Source of the DNA: Lytechinus pictus
Taxonomy: Eukaryota
Assembly: GCF_037042905.1 (NCBI RefSeq)
Contig: NC_087250.1
Location: 26,104,001-26,168,000 of the forward strand
Direction: 5' to 3'
DNA length: 64,000 nucleotides
Shown: in pieces, positions 1 to 12,750 of the stretch
Position numbering within the stretch: position 1 is the first letter of the stretch
How the letters are laid out: every line of letters begins with the position of its first letter
Position numbers and translations under genes: made by a program
The notes under the pieces: model-generated
Told to the model about the DNA's origin: nothing
The model's database searches: none
The model's input: the letters and a program-made list of their open reading frames with translations, nothing else

Positions 1-805
1 AAAAGGGAAATTAATGGAAATAACACGTTGGATTTTTTTTTTTTTGTGGGGGGGGGGGGTGGAGTCGTGATATGTGCAAACGCCGGGATATGTGCAAACA
101 ACGGTATATGTGCAAAATTTTGCCGGGATTTGTACAAACAACGGAATTTGTGCAAACGCCACGCCGGTAAATGTGCAAATCTGTCAAAATTTATCAACGG
201 CATCTGTGCAAACGTGACGACGGGATATGTGCAAATGAACAATTTTCACGGGAAAATTGCAAACCTCCGGAATATGTGCAAATCACTGCATTTATCCATA
301 TAAAGGCTATTTCTCATGAAATGTTTCAGTCATAAAAAAAAATTGTTAAAAATGAGAAACATGCCTGCATAAGGGAGAAGCTACAATGACATCGGCAATG
401 AAACGCTTTTCAGAAAGGCGGCGGGGGGGGGGGGCACCAACCTTAAATTGAAGACCCACTATCGTTTGGAATAACATGGATGTAGAGTGTAGTCTTTTAA
501 TGCTCCAGACCCGGTCATTTAATCATTTGAAGATCCTTCTGAACTAAGATCCTGTACTAAAGCATGCATAAGGAGCATAGCCATTCAAAAATAATAAAAA
601 AAACTGCAACACCTCACCGTCTACCAAATTAAGACCTTGTAGAAATGAATATAGAATGTAGTCTTTACCCTAGACCTTGTTGTGTCAATAACAAAAAAAA
701 ATCAAATACAATACCTCACCGTCTAATTCCTATCGAATAAGTTGTTGTTGCTGTTGTTGTTTTAGCTTATACGGCGCGCGTCATTCATTAGTGAATATTT
801 GCGCC

Positions 806-812
806 AAAAAAA
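806..812 (-). terminator. Pol III oligo-T terminator of the tRNA-Tyr gene
   Basis: T7 run on the minus strand, 5 nt after the discriminator base. Confidence 0.7.
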
Positions 813-817
813 CCACA

Positions 818-903
818 TCCACCGAGCCGGATTCGAACCAGCGACATAAGGTTAATCATCAATCATCTACAGTCCTCCGCTCTACCAACTGAGCTATCGG
901 TGG
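818..903 (-). tRNA. tRNA-Tyr: tRNA-Tyr(GUA) with 13-nt intron (variant or possible pseudogene)
   Basis: The reverse complement reads CCACCGATAGCTCAGTTGGTAGAGCGGAGGACTGTAG-atgattgatgatt-AACCTTATGTCGCTGGTTCGAATCCGGCTCGGTGGA. It has a perfect 7-bp acceptor stem, A and B boxes, a GTA anticodon and an intron at 37/38. There is an A-A mismatch at the base of the anticodon stem. Confidence 0.9.
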
Positions 904-1908
904 TTACTAGGTTTAAAGTGTAGTTTTTGCTCCAGACCGGGTGATTAAAAAAATTCTAAACTATTTAAGCCCCGCCATCTTCCACTACTAAGACTCTGTT
1001 ATGAAGAACGTGTATATAACGTATTCTCAATTCTCCAGACCCGTTTATTTAAACAAATTTTCAAGACCCCACAGTCTCATTCCTGTGAAAAAGATGGATA
1101 TAAAGCGTTGTGTTTTCTCCAGACCTTTGATTAAAAAACCTTCAGAATTAAGACCCAAGACTAATGGGGCGTTGCAAGAAATTTACGTTGCAATTGATTG
1201 CAAATCGACTGCAACTTTGCAGCCGATTCCGATCGACTGCAACTAGCAATCAATCGCCAATTTGCGTTGCAAGAAAAAGGCTTGCGATTGAACGCAAGTT
1301 GCAGCTGATCTGCAGACGATTTGCAGCTGTAAACAGGGTCTGCAGCACAAGACTAGCCGAAAAAGCAAAATAATGGCTTGCAACAATCCTGTTTGTGGAA
1401 GAGAGTAAGTAGAAAATATTCATTTTTCAGACAATTCTTTCTCCATTATGTATGTTTTTAGAGAATTTATATATTTTAGACCTATGCCAGTGAAAAAAAA
1501 TTATTTTGAAAAAAGTGAAACTGTATCTTTATCGCCGGTCGAAATTTCACCTTCAACAAATTTTCTACCGTACAATTTCAATCCCAGTCCCACACTTGAC
1601 TTTTTGTGTCGGTAATGCACGGTTGTATCAACAACACGGCAGGTCATTGCCGGTGCAGTGCTGTTAAAAATCACCCAGAAGCAAGTAAATGTGTAGGCTC
1701 TAATTATGTATGAAACATCGAAAATGACCTTCAAAGATTATTTTTGTGCCTATTTGAAATGATTTTTTAAGTTATATCGGTTTCAACGGAGAATAGCCAT
1801 CCAGTAAATAGAAATTAAAGACTTCCATTACAATTTACAGTCTAGACATTTCCACAAAAAAAAAATCCTCTCCATTTGTCTCTCTTTTTTTATGAGTCTG
1901 TCTAACGT

Positions 1909-2418
1909 TACCTCGAGCGAAGTTCGTGCAGGCCCTACTTCACTTCACTACCGCTACACTACGCTCCACCTACCCGAACTTCGAGACTGAACTCTATCTG
2001 ATATTCCGAGTGACAAAGGTGGGATTTTATGGGGGGGGGGGGGAATATAAAATTCATGCAACATCACGATCTTTAAAAACAATTCAAACTAATATTCTTA
2101 CTTTACACCAAGTTTCACTTTTTCATGCTTCTATCAGTCTCAAAATTGGTGATTTAGAGCCAACATGAAGTTCCTCACACAAATAAATAATTTGCTGCCG
2201 TATCGCGCGTGCATGCAATGTTTTGAAATCGGCAGTGAATTATTTATACGTGTGAGGAACTTCATGTTGGCTCTAAATCACCCATTTTTAGACTGATAGA
2301 AGCATGGAAAAGAAGTGAAACTTGGTGTAAAGTAAGAATATTAAATATTAGTATTAAGCGTAGTGTAGCGGTAGTGAAGTGGAGTGGAGTGGAGCCTGCA
2401 CGAACTTCGCTCAAGGTA
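1909..2418. mobile_element. Palindromic MITE with ~9-bp TSD and internal ~250-bp hairpin
   Basis: TIRs TACCTCGAGCGAAGTTCGTGCAGGC / GCCTGCACGAACTTCGCTCAAGGTA. Flanks are GTCTAACGT / GTCTACCGT. 2090-2200 is the near-perfect inverse of 2230-2342. Confidence 0.75.
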
Positions 2419-2900
2419 GTCTACCGTTAACCTCCCTTTTTATGACTTTCCTTGGCTGGCCTGGGATAAAGTGAAAATTTTGCTGTTTCGACTTTGGTCT
2501 TTGGAGGATTAAAAAAAAAAATATTTATTATTATTATTATTTTTTTATTTGGGGGGGGGGGGGGGGGGTTCTCCAGACTTCGTATATCTCGCCAGACAAG
2601 AAAAAAAAAAAAAAAGGTATAGGGGGTCTACATGTGTTGGGCTACTTTTCAGAATCTATTGGCCACATCTGCCACATTCTTGGGAAAGTTTTAACATTGA
2701 ATAGGATGTTGCCTGCCCAGGGCCCTTTTAAATTTCTTACGGGCAGATTGCACAAGAGGTTCTTTGCAAGGACAGTCTATTTGTGTCGTTGATTTGTAAT
2801 GATGTGCCGTCACATTTTTAATATCCATCTCATATAAATATAAAAAGATATACATGTAAATACATTTTATTTTTTAGATTCAATATGTAGATCTACTATG

Positions 2901-3334
2901 CCGGGGGGGGAGGTACTTAGATTTGGTTTGGACAAAGGTGTGTGGCTGAAAGTTTGAAACCCGTACCCATATTTACAGGTCATTTTGGCTAAAAAGGTAC
3001 CCATTATTAGGTATTCATTATAGGGGCGGATCCAGGATTTCGTATAAGGGGGGGGGGGCACATTTTCGCCTGGAAAAACTTGACAAGCAAAAAAAAAAGA
3101 AAAAAAAGGTTATCACCCAAACTGTAAGGTCATTTTGTATTTGCACCTAAGACATTGGAGTAGAATATGGACCCATGTTTAAGGACATTATCTAAAAATT
3201 GGGCCATGCTTAGGGATTTTCCAGCATAAAACCATACGCCATGTTTAGGGATTTCTTCAAAAAAGGCGACCCATTCCTGCGGCATATCCCCATATGCCTT
3301 ATCTCGTGAGTACCCCCTCCCCCCCCCCCCCGGG
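2901..3334. mobile_element. Non-autonomous DNA element with CCGGGG...CCCGGG ends and 8-bp TSD
   Basis: Identical CTACTATG on both sides (2893-2900, 3335-3342). TIR is CCGGG(G)nAGGTACT / AGTACC(C)nCGGG. Confidence 0.75.
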
Positions 3335-6300
3335 CTACTATGTAGCTGACTCTTGATTTTTATGCAAGCACATGAGGTGCTAAATAGATGACATACTTTT
3401 TTTCACTTTAAATTGTTTAATAGATGATTACAATGCTCTTCCAGGTGCTTTCAGTTTAAGGGTGTCTCATATGGTGCATCAGTATTAATATTGTATGCAT
3501 AATCATGATTTTTTACATCCTTTTACATCAAGCACAATACTCGGGGGGGGGGGCATATGGTCCCCCTTGACATTTTTCAGAATAAATCTGCCACTCAAAA
3601 TTTTATTACCGCACCGCTGACTGACGTTTTACTTTCGAGTCTCACACAACTTTTGGTACTAAATTTGCCATTCCCAGGTACAGGGTCAGGAAATTTTGCA
3701 ACATTATGTTTGTTTAAGTACATGTCAGACAAAAACATGATTACATGTAAAAAGTCAATATTCATAACTGGGTAATTTGTTTTTTATTGACAATAGTAAT
3801 TTAATGTCACTGATGAACTTTGTCTTGAAAATAACAATAAAAAGAAAAAATTAAGAAGTTAAGAAAAAAAAAAAACAAACACATGAATTGAAAGGAATTT
3901 ATTTTGATACCAGATTTTTTAAAGTAAAGTTGTTAGGATTGCTCTAGAAAGGAATATGTACACCAAAGTTTGGCATTCTATTACGAGCTTTTTTTAGTAA
4001 ATTAAAGCAAAAGGTATGATTTCATAATTTTTCTAATTGCGCCGCCCATGGCTGAGGAACCATAGTGCCCCTCCCCAGGCCAGAAGTGACTTTAATCAAA
4101 ACACCCTTGGACTACTATAATGATTAACACACTGGCAACTGAGCTTAACTTGTATATTAATTTCATGAATATGTTTTATCTCTTTGCTTTTTGCTTTTAA
4201 TTGCTTACTACAGTTATGACAAAGAAGTCTGGAACCTCAGAACCACCATAACTGTGTCTGCTACAATGTGTGTTCTTGCAACCAGCTGATTGATTCATTT
4301 TATCAACTCTTGAATGGTATAGGTTACATGTAAACTGTATTATTATTAATAATTCACCATGATGCGGATGGGGGTGAAATATGTACACATTGACCCAAGG
4401 ATAATGCAAAATGAAAAAGGCTAACACAAATCTCTATCTTGACTGGACTTCTCAGCAATGGAGACATCCCATTGATGGTGGGGGGGGGGGGAGGGGAGGG
4501 GGTGGCTATGCTCATCCAAGGTGTACTGTATGAAAGTGTGTATTTTGCTTTCATTGATTTAATTTATTGCATATTTTAATTTCCATGATTCTTTTATTTG
4601 GGGAAAAACAATCAGTTCACACTTTTTTAGATTACATCATGGCAAATTGCCAATTACTATGGTCTCAGGAGTAAGCCACTATCCCTCTATCATATCATCA
4701 TTTGGGTGCAAACAACGCCCTTACCAGCAGACATAGGGGCATTTCTGCACAAAAATTGTTTGCTAAGGGCGTTCTTGCACTGAAAGGACAAAATTTGAAC
4801 TAACCCAAGCTATGTATAGTTATGGGCTTGCATTATTTCCCATATTATTTTTTTATGAACAGGTTGATTATCAGAACTGAATTCAGAGCTGATCCTGTCT
4901 GTAGTAACATCATTATAAGAGTGGACTACAGAATGAGGGCGTTGCTTGTTTAAAAACTTCACTCCATGGAGCTCTCCAAATTCATCGCAAATTAGACTGC
5001 TTCTGGAAACCAGATTTGTTCGTTCAAGCAGAGATGCTTGTGGCTTTCCTGACTGGACTTCCATGGATTCTTCATGCCAACCTTAAGAACTGTGGTCTTC
5101 TGCATGATACACATCAATTTCAAACAAGACATTCTGTGGTGAAACACTTGATGCAGATGATATGAAATTTTATTACTGAATCTCAGAAGTGATTCCTTGG
5201 GAGCAAGAAATAATGAAAAATAAAAATAAAAGGTCCATCAATAATGAATGTCTTGAGCAGTGTTCTTTTTTTTGTGCACAGATCAATGGATCTTTTCAAC
5301 TCCAAGCAGGGATGTAGTCAATGCTGACCTCGAGGCAACATTTTGCTGACCTTGGTCCGAGTCACTGTACAGAATCTATGGGAAGTTCTCTCAAGCTGCC
5401 TCATGACTCCGGAAGAATCAGCCTCGACCTCATCCCTGTATGCAAGTGTGATATATATCTACGATGCAATCTCATGATTAAAGAGAGAGAAACAAGAGAG
5501 GTTCAGATTTTGAAGTGTAGCAATCTCCTGAAATGTATGTTTTATTTGAAAAACTTAATTGGGCATGTTATTCATTATGATATGTATGAATGAAAGCATT
5601 TAAGCAATTTAGTGCTCTTGCAAAACATATTCTGAGTTGTATTTACTGCAAACGCTCAGAAATATTGATAAGCATTTGCCAGTGCATGAAGTGTTTTAAT
5701 AAAGAGTGGCTTTTGTGCCTATGGAGAGTCATTATTTCCTCAACATTTCTTCATACAAATAATTTCAGAAATCACAATTTGAATATTCCATGACCTCTGA
5801 TAACAAGAGCAGAATATTTTTGGTGATTGACACACTTTAAAATGATATTAGGAGAGAATGTACTGAAATTGTGTGAAAATAATGGCATAATTGCTGAAGA
5901 GGCCTATAAAGATTGAAAATAACATTATTTCAAGTTTTTCTTGAAAAAAACCCATGGAAAATTGAAAATGGCATAATTTACACAAGTTTTCAAAACAAAA
6001 TACAAAAAAAAAAAAATTGCAGAATGTTTAGTACACAAGCCTATGGACAATCAATTGAACGTAAATCGAACGCAAATTTTGCGCATCCTCCAAAATCTTA
6101 CATAAGTTACGTTCGATTTGCAATCAATTGCAAAGCTTGCGCTTGATCTAAGTTCAATTGATCAAACACAACTTCTTCTTGCAACAGGATTGAACGTAAC
6201 TTGCGTTCAATTGCAGATTTGCGTTTAATCGGAGGACTTACGCTCAATTTTGGGAGTTGCGTTCGATTTGCGTTCAATCGCAAGTTTCTTGCAACACCCC

Positions 6301-7627
6301 ATAAGACTCCGTTATAAAGCAAGGGTACATATCGTAGTCTTTACTCCAGACCCGTTTAAAAAAATTATGTTATAATCTTAGAAAATAAGACCCTGTAAGA
6401 AAGCATGGATATAAGAGCACAGTCTTTACCCCAGACGCTGTTATTAAAAATATTAGGAGATCTTCAATTTGACGACCCCACCGTCTCATATCTGTGGGAA
6501 AAAATGGATATAGAGTATAGTCTTTACTCCAAACCTGGTGATTAAAAAAAAACTTAAATAGTAAGACCCCATCATCTTCCAAACTAATAGTCTATAAGTA
6601 TAACAAAGCACGGGTACCTATAGCATAGCCTTTACTCCATATCCATTTATTAAAAAAACTACACTGTACACCCACTGTATAATTACGCTGTATACCCATG
6701 TGCTACATTACAGGTTCTTAGTATTGAAGATGACGGGATTGAAGTTTCGAAGATTCTTGATTTTTTTTTTCAAATGACTGGGTCTGGAGAAAATGATAAC
6801 TCTATATCCATATGCTTGATGACATGGCAATGGTTTAGAAGATGGTGAGGTTTAAATTGTAAAGTTTATTTCTCTTTTTAACCACCGGGTTTTGAGTAAA
6901 GACTAGGCTTAGCTAGTCCAGGTATAGCGTTAATCCTGTTGTTTGGAAGAATATATGGCCAAGACTGAGTATTATAGAGTAGACTAATAACCTTCATCTT
7001 GTAGGGTAAGGTCGCATTGGGTCTGGAAAAGGAGACTACCAGCATGGGTCGGCAGAGCAAAATTGATAGGGGAGGGGAGGGCACAGCGAAAAAGGGCACT
7101 TCCTCTTTTGAAAAGGGCACTTGAAACAAAAAAACTTTTTTAAAAACAAAATAGCATAATGTACCCAAGTAGGGTAATGAGTAAAATGATTGAGTGGGGC
7201 AAACATGGCGTGTGGGGCAAAAATTCTTTAAAGCTGCGAGCGAGCGAGCAAAATTTTGAAACTTTTAATGCAAAAAAAAACATTTTTGATAGATTTTGAC
7301 ATAGAGAACACTATCATATTTCACCACTTTTCTTTCCTTTTCTTCTTTTCTTTTTCTTGGTATTGAAAAATTTTGGGGTCCATGGAACGAGGTCCATTTA
7401 TTAAGGGGGCAAGTGCCCCCCCCCCCCCTCTCCCTCTGCTCAGATGCCCCTGCATAAAAGAAAGGACGCTAATTGCAAATACATATACCTTATATTAGCA
7501 AATTGGACATTTGAACAAACCAGAAGAGAAGGGGCATTTATCAGAATATTCATATGGGGCACTTGATCAAAGGTGAAAATGTACACACTACAAAATAAGA
7601 ATTTCACTCTAAAAAGGGGCAACTTAA

Positions 7628-8393
7628 CCCTATCTAGGTCGGGGTATTTTTGGAATTCATATGGCCGGGGGAGGGGGGCCTCCCAGGCCCCCCCCCCCCC
7701 CTTGAGATCTCGGCCGTCGACCGCGCAATCGCACCGAAAATTGGCACGCATGTTGTCTGGGATATAATCTACAAAATTGTATAGTAATTTCTTTCATGCA
7801 AATTGTTATTACGTAATTATGCTAATTTATGCGTAATTAGTATGCAAAATCATACTTTTTCCACTAACTCCGTAAATAAAGCTCAAAATGTTCTAATTTT
7901 TGGCATAGAAACCCTTTGTGATGTTCTTAGCAAGTGTACATGAAAAAATTGTGATATCAGATCAATTTCTTATGTATGATATTGTTTTTGCAATTTCTTA
8001 TATGTATTTCTTTGTTTTTTGGACCTTTTGTTTTTCATTGTTTTTTCAATGAAATTCGTTGGGGACTCTTCTAAGATCATAAACAGCATAAAATACATAC
8101 ATTTAGGCGTGCAAAACTAAAAATAATCATACATTTATGATTTTTGGTTGAAAACACAATTTACATTGACTTTGTACACGAAATCACGTTTTTGAGCACT
8201 TACGTAACATTGCGTAACTTCGGAACCGCGTACCCGGGTGACGCAAAATCGGTCTCAAAAGGTGCGGAAGACTTGAAAGTAAAAAGTCAGCGAGCAGCGC
8301 GGTCAAAAAATTTTGCGCGACGAAAATATCGCGCGACTCTTTGAGGGGGGAGGGGGGCCTCCGAGCCCCCCCCCCCCCCCGGCCTAGATAGGG
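7628..8393. mobile_element. piggyBac-like MITE
   Basis: TTAA|CCCTATCTAGG...CCTAGATAGGG|TTAA. Related diverged copies lie at ~25060-25645, ~29370-30092 and (partial, inverted) ~3540-3800. Confidence 0.8.
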
Positions 8394-10027
8394 TTAAAGG
8401 GGCGAGAGGAACATTTTTAAAGGATTTTTATTATTTAAATATGCACTTTTAGAAGGGATAAGAACACGAAATAAGGAAAACGGGCAATGACAGGGCATGA
8501 AAAGAGCGGTTTTAAGGAATGGAAACTTATCTGATACGAGATAGGGCACTTATATTTATAAAAAGATAAAGGGGCACACTTTAACACATAAAACAGGTCC
8601 TTCTAAGATGAAAGGGGCAAAGTTATTGGGTTATAGTTGTTGTAAAATCGAGGTGTATGAATTGCAACCTAAAAATATTTCATTTAGAGAGTAAAGTGCA
8701 TCGCATTTGTGGGTATATAGTTCAAAATTAATGCCTCTTGTTGGTAAAGTGCGCTAGTATGACATGATTGTGTGGGAAAATATTTTTATATACGTTAGTG
8801 GGTACAGTTTTTTTACACATGTGGCTGATATTACACAAGCTTGCGTCACTTTGGGTGTGTTTAAAGAGATAGGAAACAATGTCTTGTTTGAATGTTCATA
8901 GATTCATAAAAAAGTAATATCAAATGGCATAGTAATCAAGACATTTTGGGTTTATAATTAAATTTTAAAGAAATTCGACAACTTCTGATGAAATCTGGAA
9001 ATGAAATCAACAGATAAAGTTCAATGTGTGTATCAGTGGAAATAATGCTTGCCTCTCCCACCCCCTTTAATAATTGCCCCATGCAGTGTTCGAAACAGTA
9101 CTAAATGTCCCTTTAAGGTGACACGACATATACTGCTGCGAAAATTGCGACAATTAATATCTCAGAAGGCATAGGATTAGTGTTAGGATTGTGATAGAGT
9201 TTTTGTTTCAGAATATTGTCATGATTACGATTAGGGTGTATTTAGTTTTTGAGGTTAGCTTTTATGTTTCGCTTAATGTTTAGAATTTCCATCGGAGCAA
9301 TTGTCGCCAGAGCAAATGTCCACTAAGCCTGGTGCCCCCCCCCCCCCCCTCCACTGCCTCTCTAAAAAGCGTTTCATTACCGATGACACTAGCTGTAGCT
9401 TCTCCCTTATGCAGGCATGTTTCTCATTTTAACAGTAATGTTATGAAACATTTCATGATAAATGGATAAAAACAGTAATTTGCACATACCCCGGAGGTTT
9501 GCACTTTTCCCGTGAAAATTGTTCATTTGCACATATCCCGTCGTCACGTTTGAACAGATGCCGTTGATAAATTTTGACAGATTTGCACATTTCCCGGCGT
9601 GGCGTTTGCACAAATTCCGTTGTTTGCACAAATCCCGGCAAAATTTTGCACATATACCGTCGTTTGCACATATCACGGCGTTTGCACATATCACGGCTCC
9701 ACAGGGGGCTAATTATTATTTGCTATATATTTTTCCCCTTTTTACATTGAAACTAAAATGTTTTGAGGGGGTAATTATTTATTTAGCTAGATGTTTGGCA
9801 ACATATACATTGCGCCATCCAAATAATTGCATTAGTAAATTGGGTCTTAATCACACGACTATACTACAAACATTAATGCATTATGGGTAAGGCACCTGGC
9901 AAGTTTTCAGGAGTTGATTATTGTTTATTTTGAGTAGTGATGTACAAGGCCTTCAGTTGGAATTTGCTTTAAATTGAGAGGTGTGCAGTTTAAGACATAA
10001 GCCCACCAAGAAATGAAGAAGACATAC

Positions 10028-10079
10028 CTGCATTCAACGCTATTGCAGGTGTGTAGACCACAGATCCCAAATAGAACAG
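10028..10079 (-). CDS. SLC5A8-like: SLC5 symporter, third coding exon (52 nt)
   Basis: tacag|LFYLGSVVYTPAIALNA G|gtatgt, the equivalent of the LYxGxVxYAPALALN exon. The next exon was not found in 1-10027. Confidence 0.9.
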
Positions 10080-10199
10080 CTGTACCGTGACAAGTATGGT
10101 AAGGCGAAAATCAAAATGAGCGTATGATTACACAATAGTATTGATGATCTTACCAACAAAGTGAAATATAAAGAGGGAAATTGAAAAATAATAACTCTT

Positions 10200-10243
<44 letters not shown>

Positions 10244-10440
10244 ATAATAATAATAATAATAACGATAATGATAACAATAATGATAATAGCAAAAAAATGA
10301 TAATAATAATAATAATAATAGCAAAAATAATGATAGTAATGATAAAACAATAATAATTACAGTATAAACAATAGTGATTATAATAGTAATAATAATGAAA
10401 ATAATAATACTGACAGTAATATTAACAATGGTGATGATAA
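10200..10440. repeat. (CTA)n/(TAA)n trinucleotide microsatellite
   Basis: Directly visible. It explains the low-complexity ORFs here. Confidence 0.9.
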
Positions 10441-11140
10441 TAGTGGCAAATTGTTGAGCGCACACTGATCGCCAGAGATCCCGATGGGTGCTAGTTCCAA
10501 TGGCGTATGCTGGGGAAACGTGCCACCTCCCGCTGTGGCAGAGGAGTTCCGACACTAGCAAACACAACAAAATTTGTATCAATTTTTCTGTTTTCAACAG
10601 CTGATTTTCCAAACTTTAGTTTCATCCCCCTATAAAGATGGGTCTCCCCTCACCATACTACTTTAGATACACCTCGGCATGATGTGCACCTCTCCATGCT
10701 CAAACAAGCCTACGCCCTTGAACCCAGGAACGATGTTCTCTCGTTCACATACCTTCCGAAAACAATTAATGTGTAAAACATAAATATGTTACACTTCGTC
10801 AGCAAACCCAAGCAAAAGGCGAACTAAGAAAAAAAAATAATACAAAAAAATAGCATAAAGCATTTCTTACCCGTATTCTGCACTTTTCACATTTTTAAAG
10901 GCATGAACCTTGTATTAATGTAGCTATTGCTTTCCAAATTATTGACCCATAATCATTGTTTCTATATGCTTTGCATGTTCGATGATGTTGTAAATATTTA
11001 TTGTAGCCTAAATTAATTGTAAATATCATGTGTAAACTCATACACCTAGAGCTGGTCGATATAGAAGATAAAATTGTACGTTATCTTATCTCATAAACGA
11101 GCTTCAGATATAGAACAAAGTCATATAATTTTCAAAAATT

Positions 11141-11715
11141 GGGCTTGCAACGTTTACTCACGTCACGACGCGCTACCACGTTCGATTACCTTCATAAAAA
11201 CGCGTCGTCTATTGCACAGGAGGAAGGGTCTACACTTTGATATTTTGCACGCCGGTTAATCACGAAATATATAGCTTGTTAGTAAAAGACTATCACGACG
11301 CCACTCACCAAAATACACCCGCAGAAAGCTCGCAATGTATGTTGGCAACCAAACATGCAACTTTGGCCTATGTCATCATCCTTTAAATAAACTTTCATAA
11401 TTTTATTCTTATTTCACATACTGGTAACCTATGAAGCAGTTCAATCTCAGATCATAATGTGCCTTGCATGTGTTGGTAACTGTTTATGGTTTACAGAATC
11501 GAATCCGAAAAGAACCTGTGCAGGGCGGTCGGTCGGATACAGCGCCGAGGGTGTTGGACTGTTCTCAATGACAATAAACTTGTATTGTGCTAACGAAACG
11601 TGATGTTTACGTGAGGATGATGCATATCCTAACGCTTCGTAGATTAGAGGGATTTTAAAAAACAAATTTACGCAGCGAGCTGCGGCGTGATTACGTGAGT
11701 AAACGTTGAAAGCCT
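11141..11715. mobile_element. MITE in SLC5 intron
   Basis: GGCTTGCAACGTTTACTCACGT at 11142 is the inverse of ACGTGAGTAAACGTTGAAAGCC ending at 11714. Confidence 0.6.
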
Positions 11716-11827
11716 AACGTGTGAGGCTTGGGACGTGCGAACAATCTTCGCCGGGCTGATGCTATACGGTCTGTGCTACTCTACTGCCAATCAAGGTTAA
11801 CTAAACTTTTATGAAGTGTACACATAC

Positions 11828-11893
11828 CGTAAAAGATGAAAAAGCTATGTTTGTTATCAGTCGTAAGGCTTTGTTGAAACGCATTTCAAAAAA
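11828..11893 (-). CDS. SLC5A8-like: SLC5 symporter, second coding exon (66 nt)
   Basis: ttctcacag|FFEMRFNKALRLITNIAFSSFT|gtatgt, the equivalent of the YLELRF exon. Not in the ORF track. Confidence 0.9.
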
Positions 11894-12390
11894 CTGTGAG
11901 AAAGAAAGATATTAACATGAATAATTGTTTCTTTTACTACCTTTATTTTCTGAGGGAAATATAAAATAAACGTACAACCATAACACTGCATTTGTCTTGT
12001 CAATTAAGACAATTTAGATTGAGAAGAACCTAAATTAAAACCATTTACAAAAAAAGTCTTTGAAAATACCAGTTTCTTAATTGTAAGCGCTCTATGAATA
12101 GGGACTGACGATAAAGTATTTTTCTCCTCTCATTTTCGTCTTTGTATCGGTATTATTTTATTTATTTTTTTTTTTTTTTTTGGGGGGGTGGGTTCTTCAC
12201 TTTCTTCTTCTTCGTCGTCGTTATCATCTTCTTCTTCTCCTCCTTTTTCATCATCTTTTTTTTTTCTTCTTCTTCTCCTCCTCCTCCTTTTTCTTCTTTC
12301 AATCTCCCCCCCCCCCTCCTCTCCGTCACTATACAATTTCAACACCATAAGAAAGATAACAATTTATCGATCGTGTCGATGGTTGCTCAC

Positions 12391-12750
12391 CTCATAAATA
12401 CTAATGACGTTTATTCTAAGGAAAGTAGGCAGGAAAAGGCGACAAAACAAGACATCTCCTAGGGCATCTGTCACCATTATCCAGGAAAACATAGTCCCGT
12501 ATACATAGATCTCACCAGGCATTGATATTACAGCTATTGCAGATATATAGCTCACCGCCAGGGACATCGCAACAGGGAAAATACCCATTTTTCGATTACC
12601 CACTAGGAATTCGTCGGCCGTCTTTTGCTTGCCGCCGGAGCAAGCGGAGTACACACCGATAGACGCGGAAACAAAAAGCATCGCGCCGAAGACGACGTAG
12701 TCCCACATGCTGAAATAGCGGGGGCCTGAATCGAGTCCTTGTTGGTCCAT
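12391..12750 (-). CDS. SLC5A8-like: SLC5 sodium/solute symporter (SMCT/NIS/SMVT group), first coding exon
   Basis: MDQQ...WDYVVFGAMLFVSASIGVY...GGKQKTADEFLVGNRKMGIFPVAMSLAVSYISA...PGEIYVYGTMF...SIYE matches the SLC5A5/6/8/12 N-terminus. It ends at the conserved YE|GTGAG phase-0 donor. Confidence 0.93.

Larger units (their letters stand above)
1165..6301. mobile_element. PIF/Harbinger-type DNA transposon (non-autonomous or decayed, ~5.1 kb)
   Basis: TIRs TGGGGCGTTGCAAGAAA / TTTCTTGCAACACCCCA with TAA TSD (1162-1164, 6302-6304). Removing the element restores the host repeat unit cTAAgactccgttat (compare ctaagactctgttat at ~988). Only weak transposase-like remnants at ~5285-5435. Confidence 0.85.
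450..7040. repeat. Degenerate ~90-130-bp tandem repeat family (CTCCAGACCCGGT...AAGACCC), interrupted by the element at 1165-6301
   Basis: The motif recurs in forward orientation at ~450-1160 and ~6305-6660 and in reverse (GGGTCTGGAG) at ~6700-7040. The same family also occurs at ~43180-43440. Confidence 0.7.
61..9700. mobile_element. Large foldback-like TIR element (~380-bp modular TIRs) carrying nested insertions and a tRNA gene
   Basis: 61-~440 (GGAGTCGTGATATGTGCAAA...GGCACCA) is the diverged reverse complement of ~9330-9700 (...TTTGCACATATCACGGCTCC). The arms are built of recurring TGTGCAAA units. No TSD could be resolved because the left flank is poly-G. Confidence 0.7.

Noticed and set aside
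28..303. Cys-rich ORF and its counterpart at 9407-9694
   Set aside because: Translations of the TGTGCAAA-unit TIRs.
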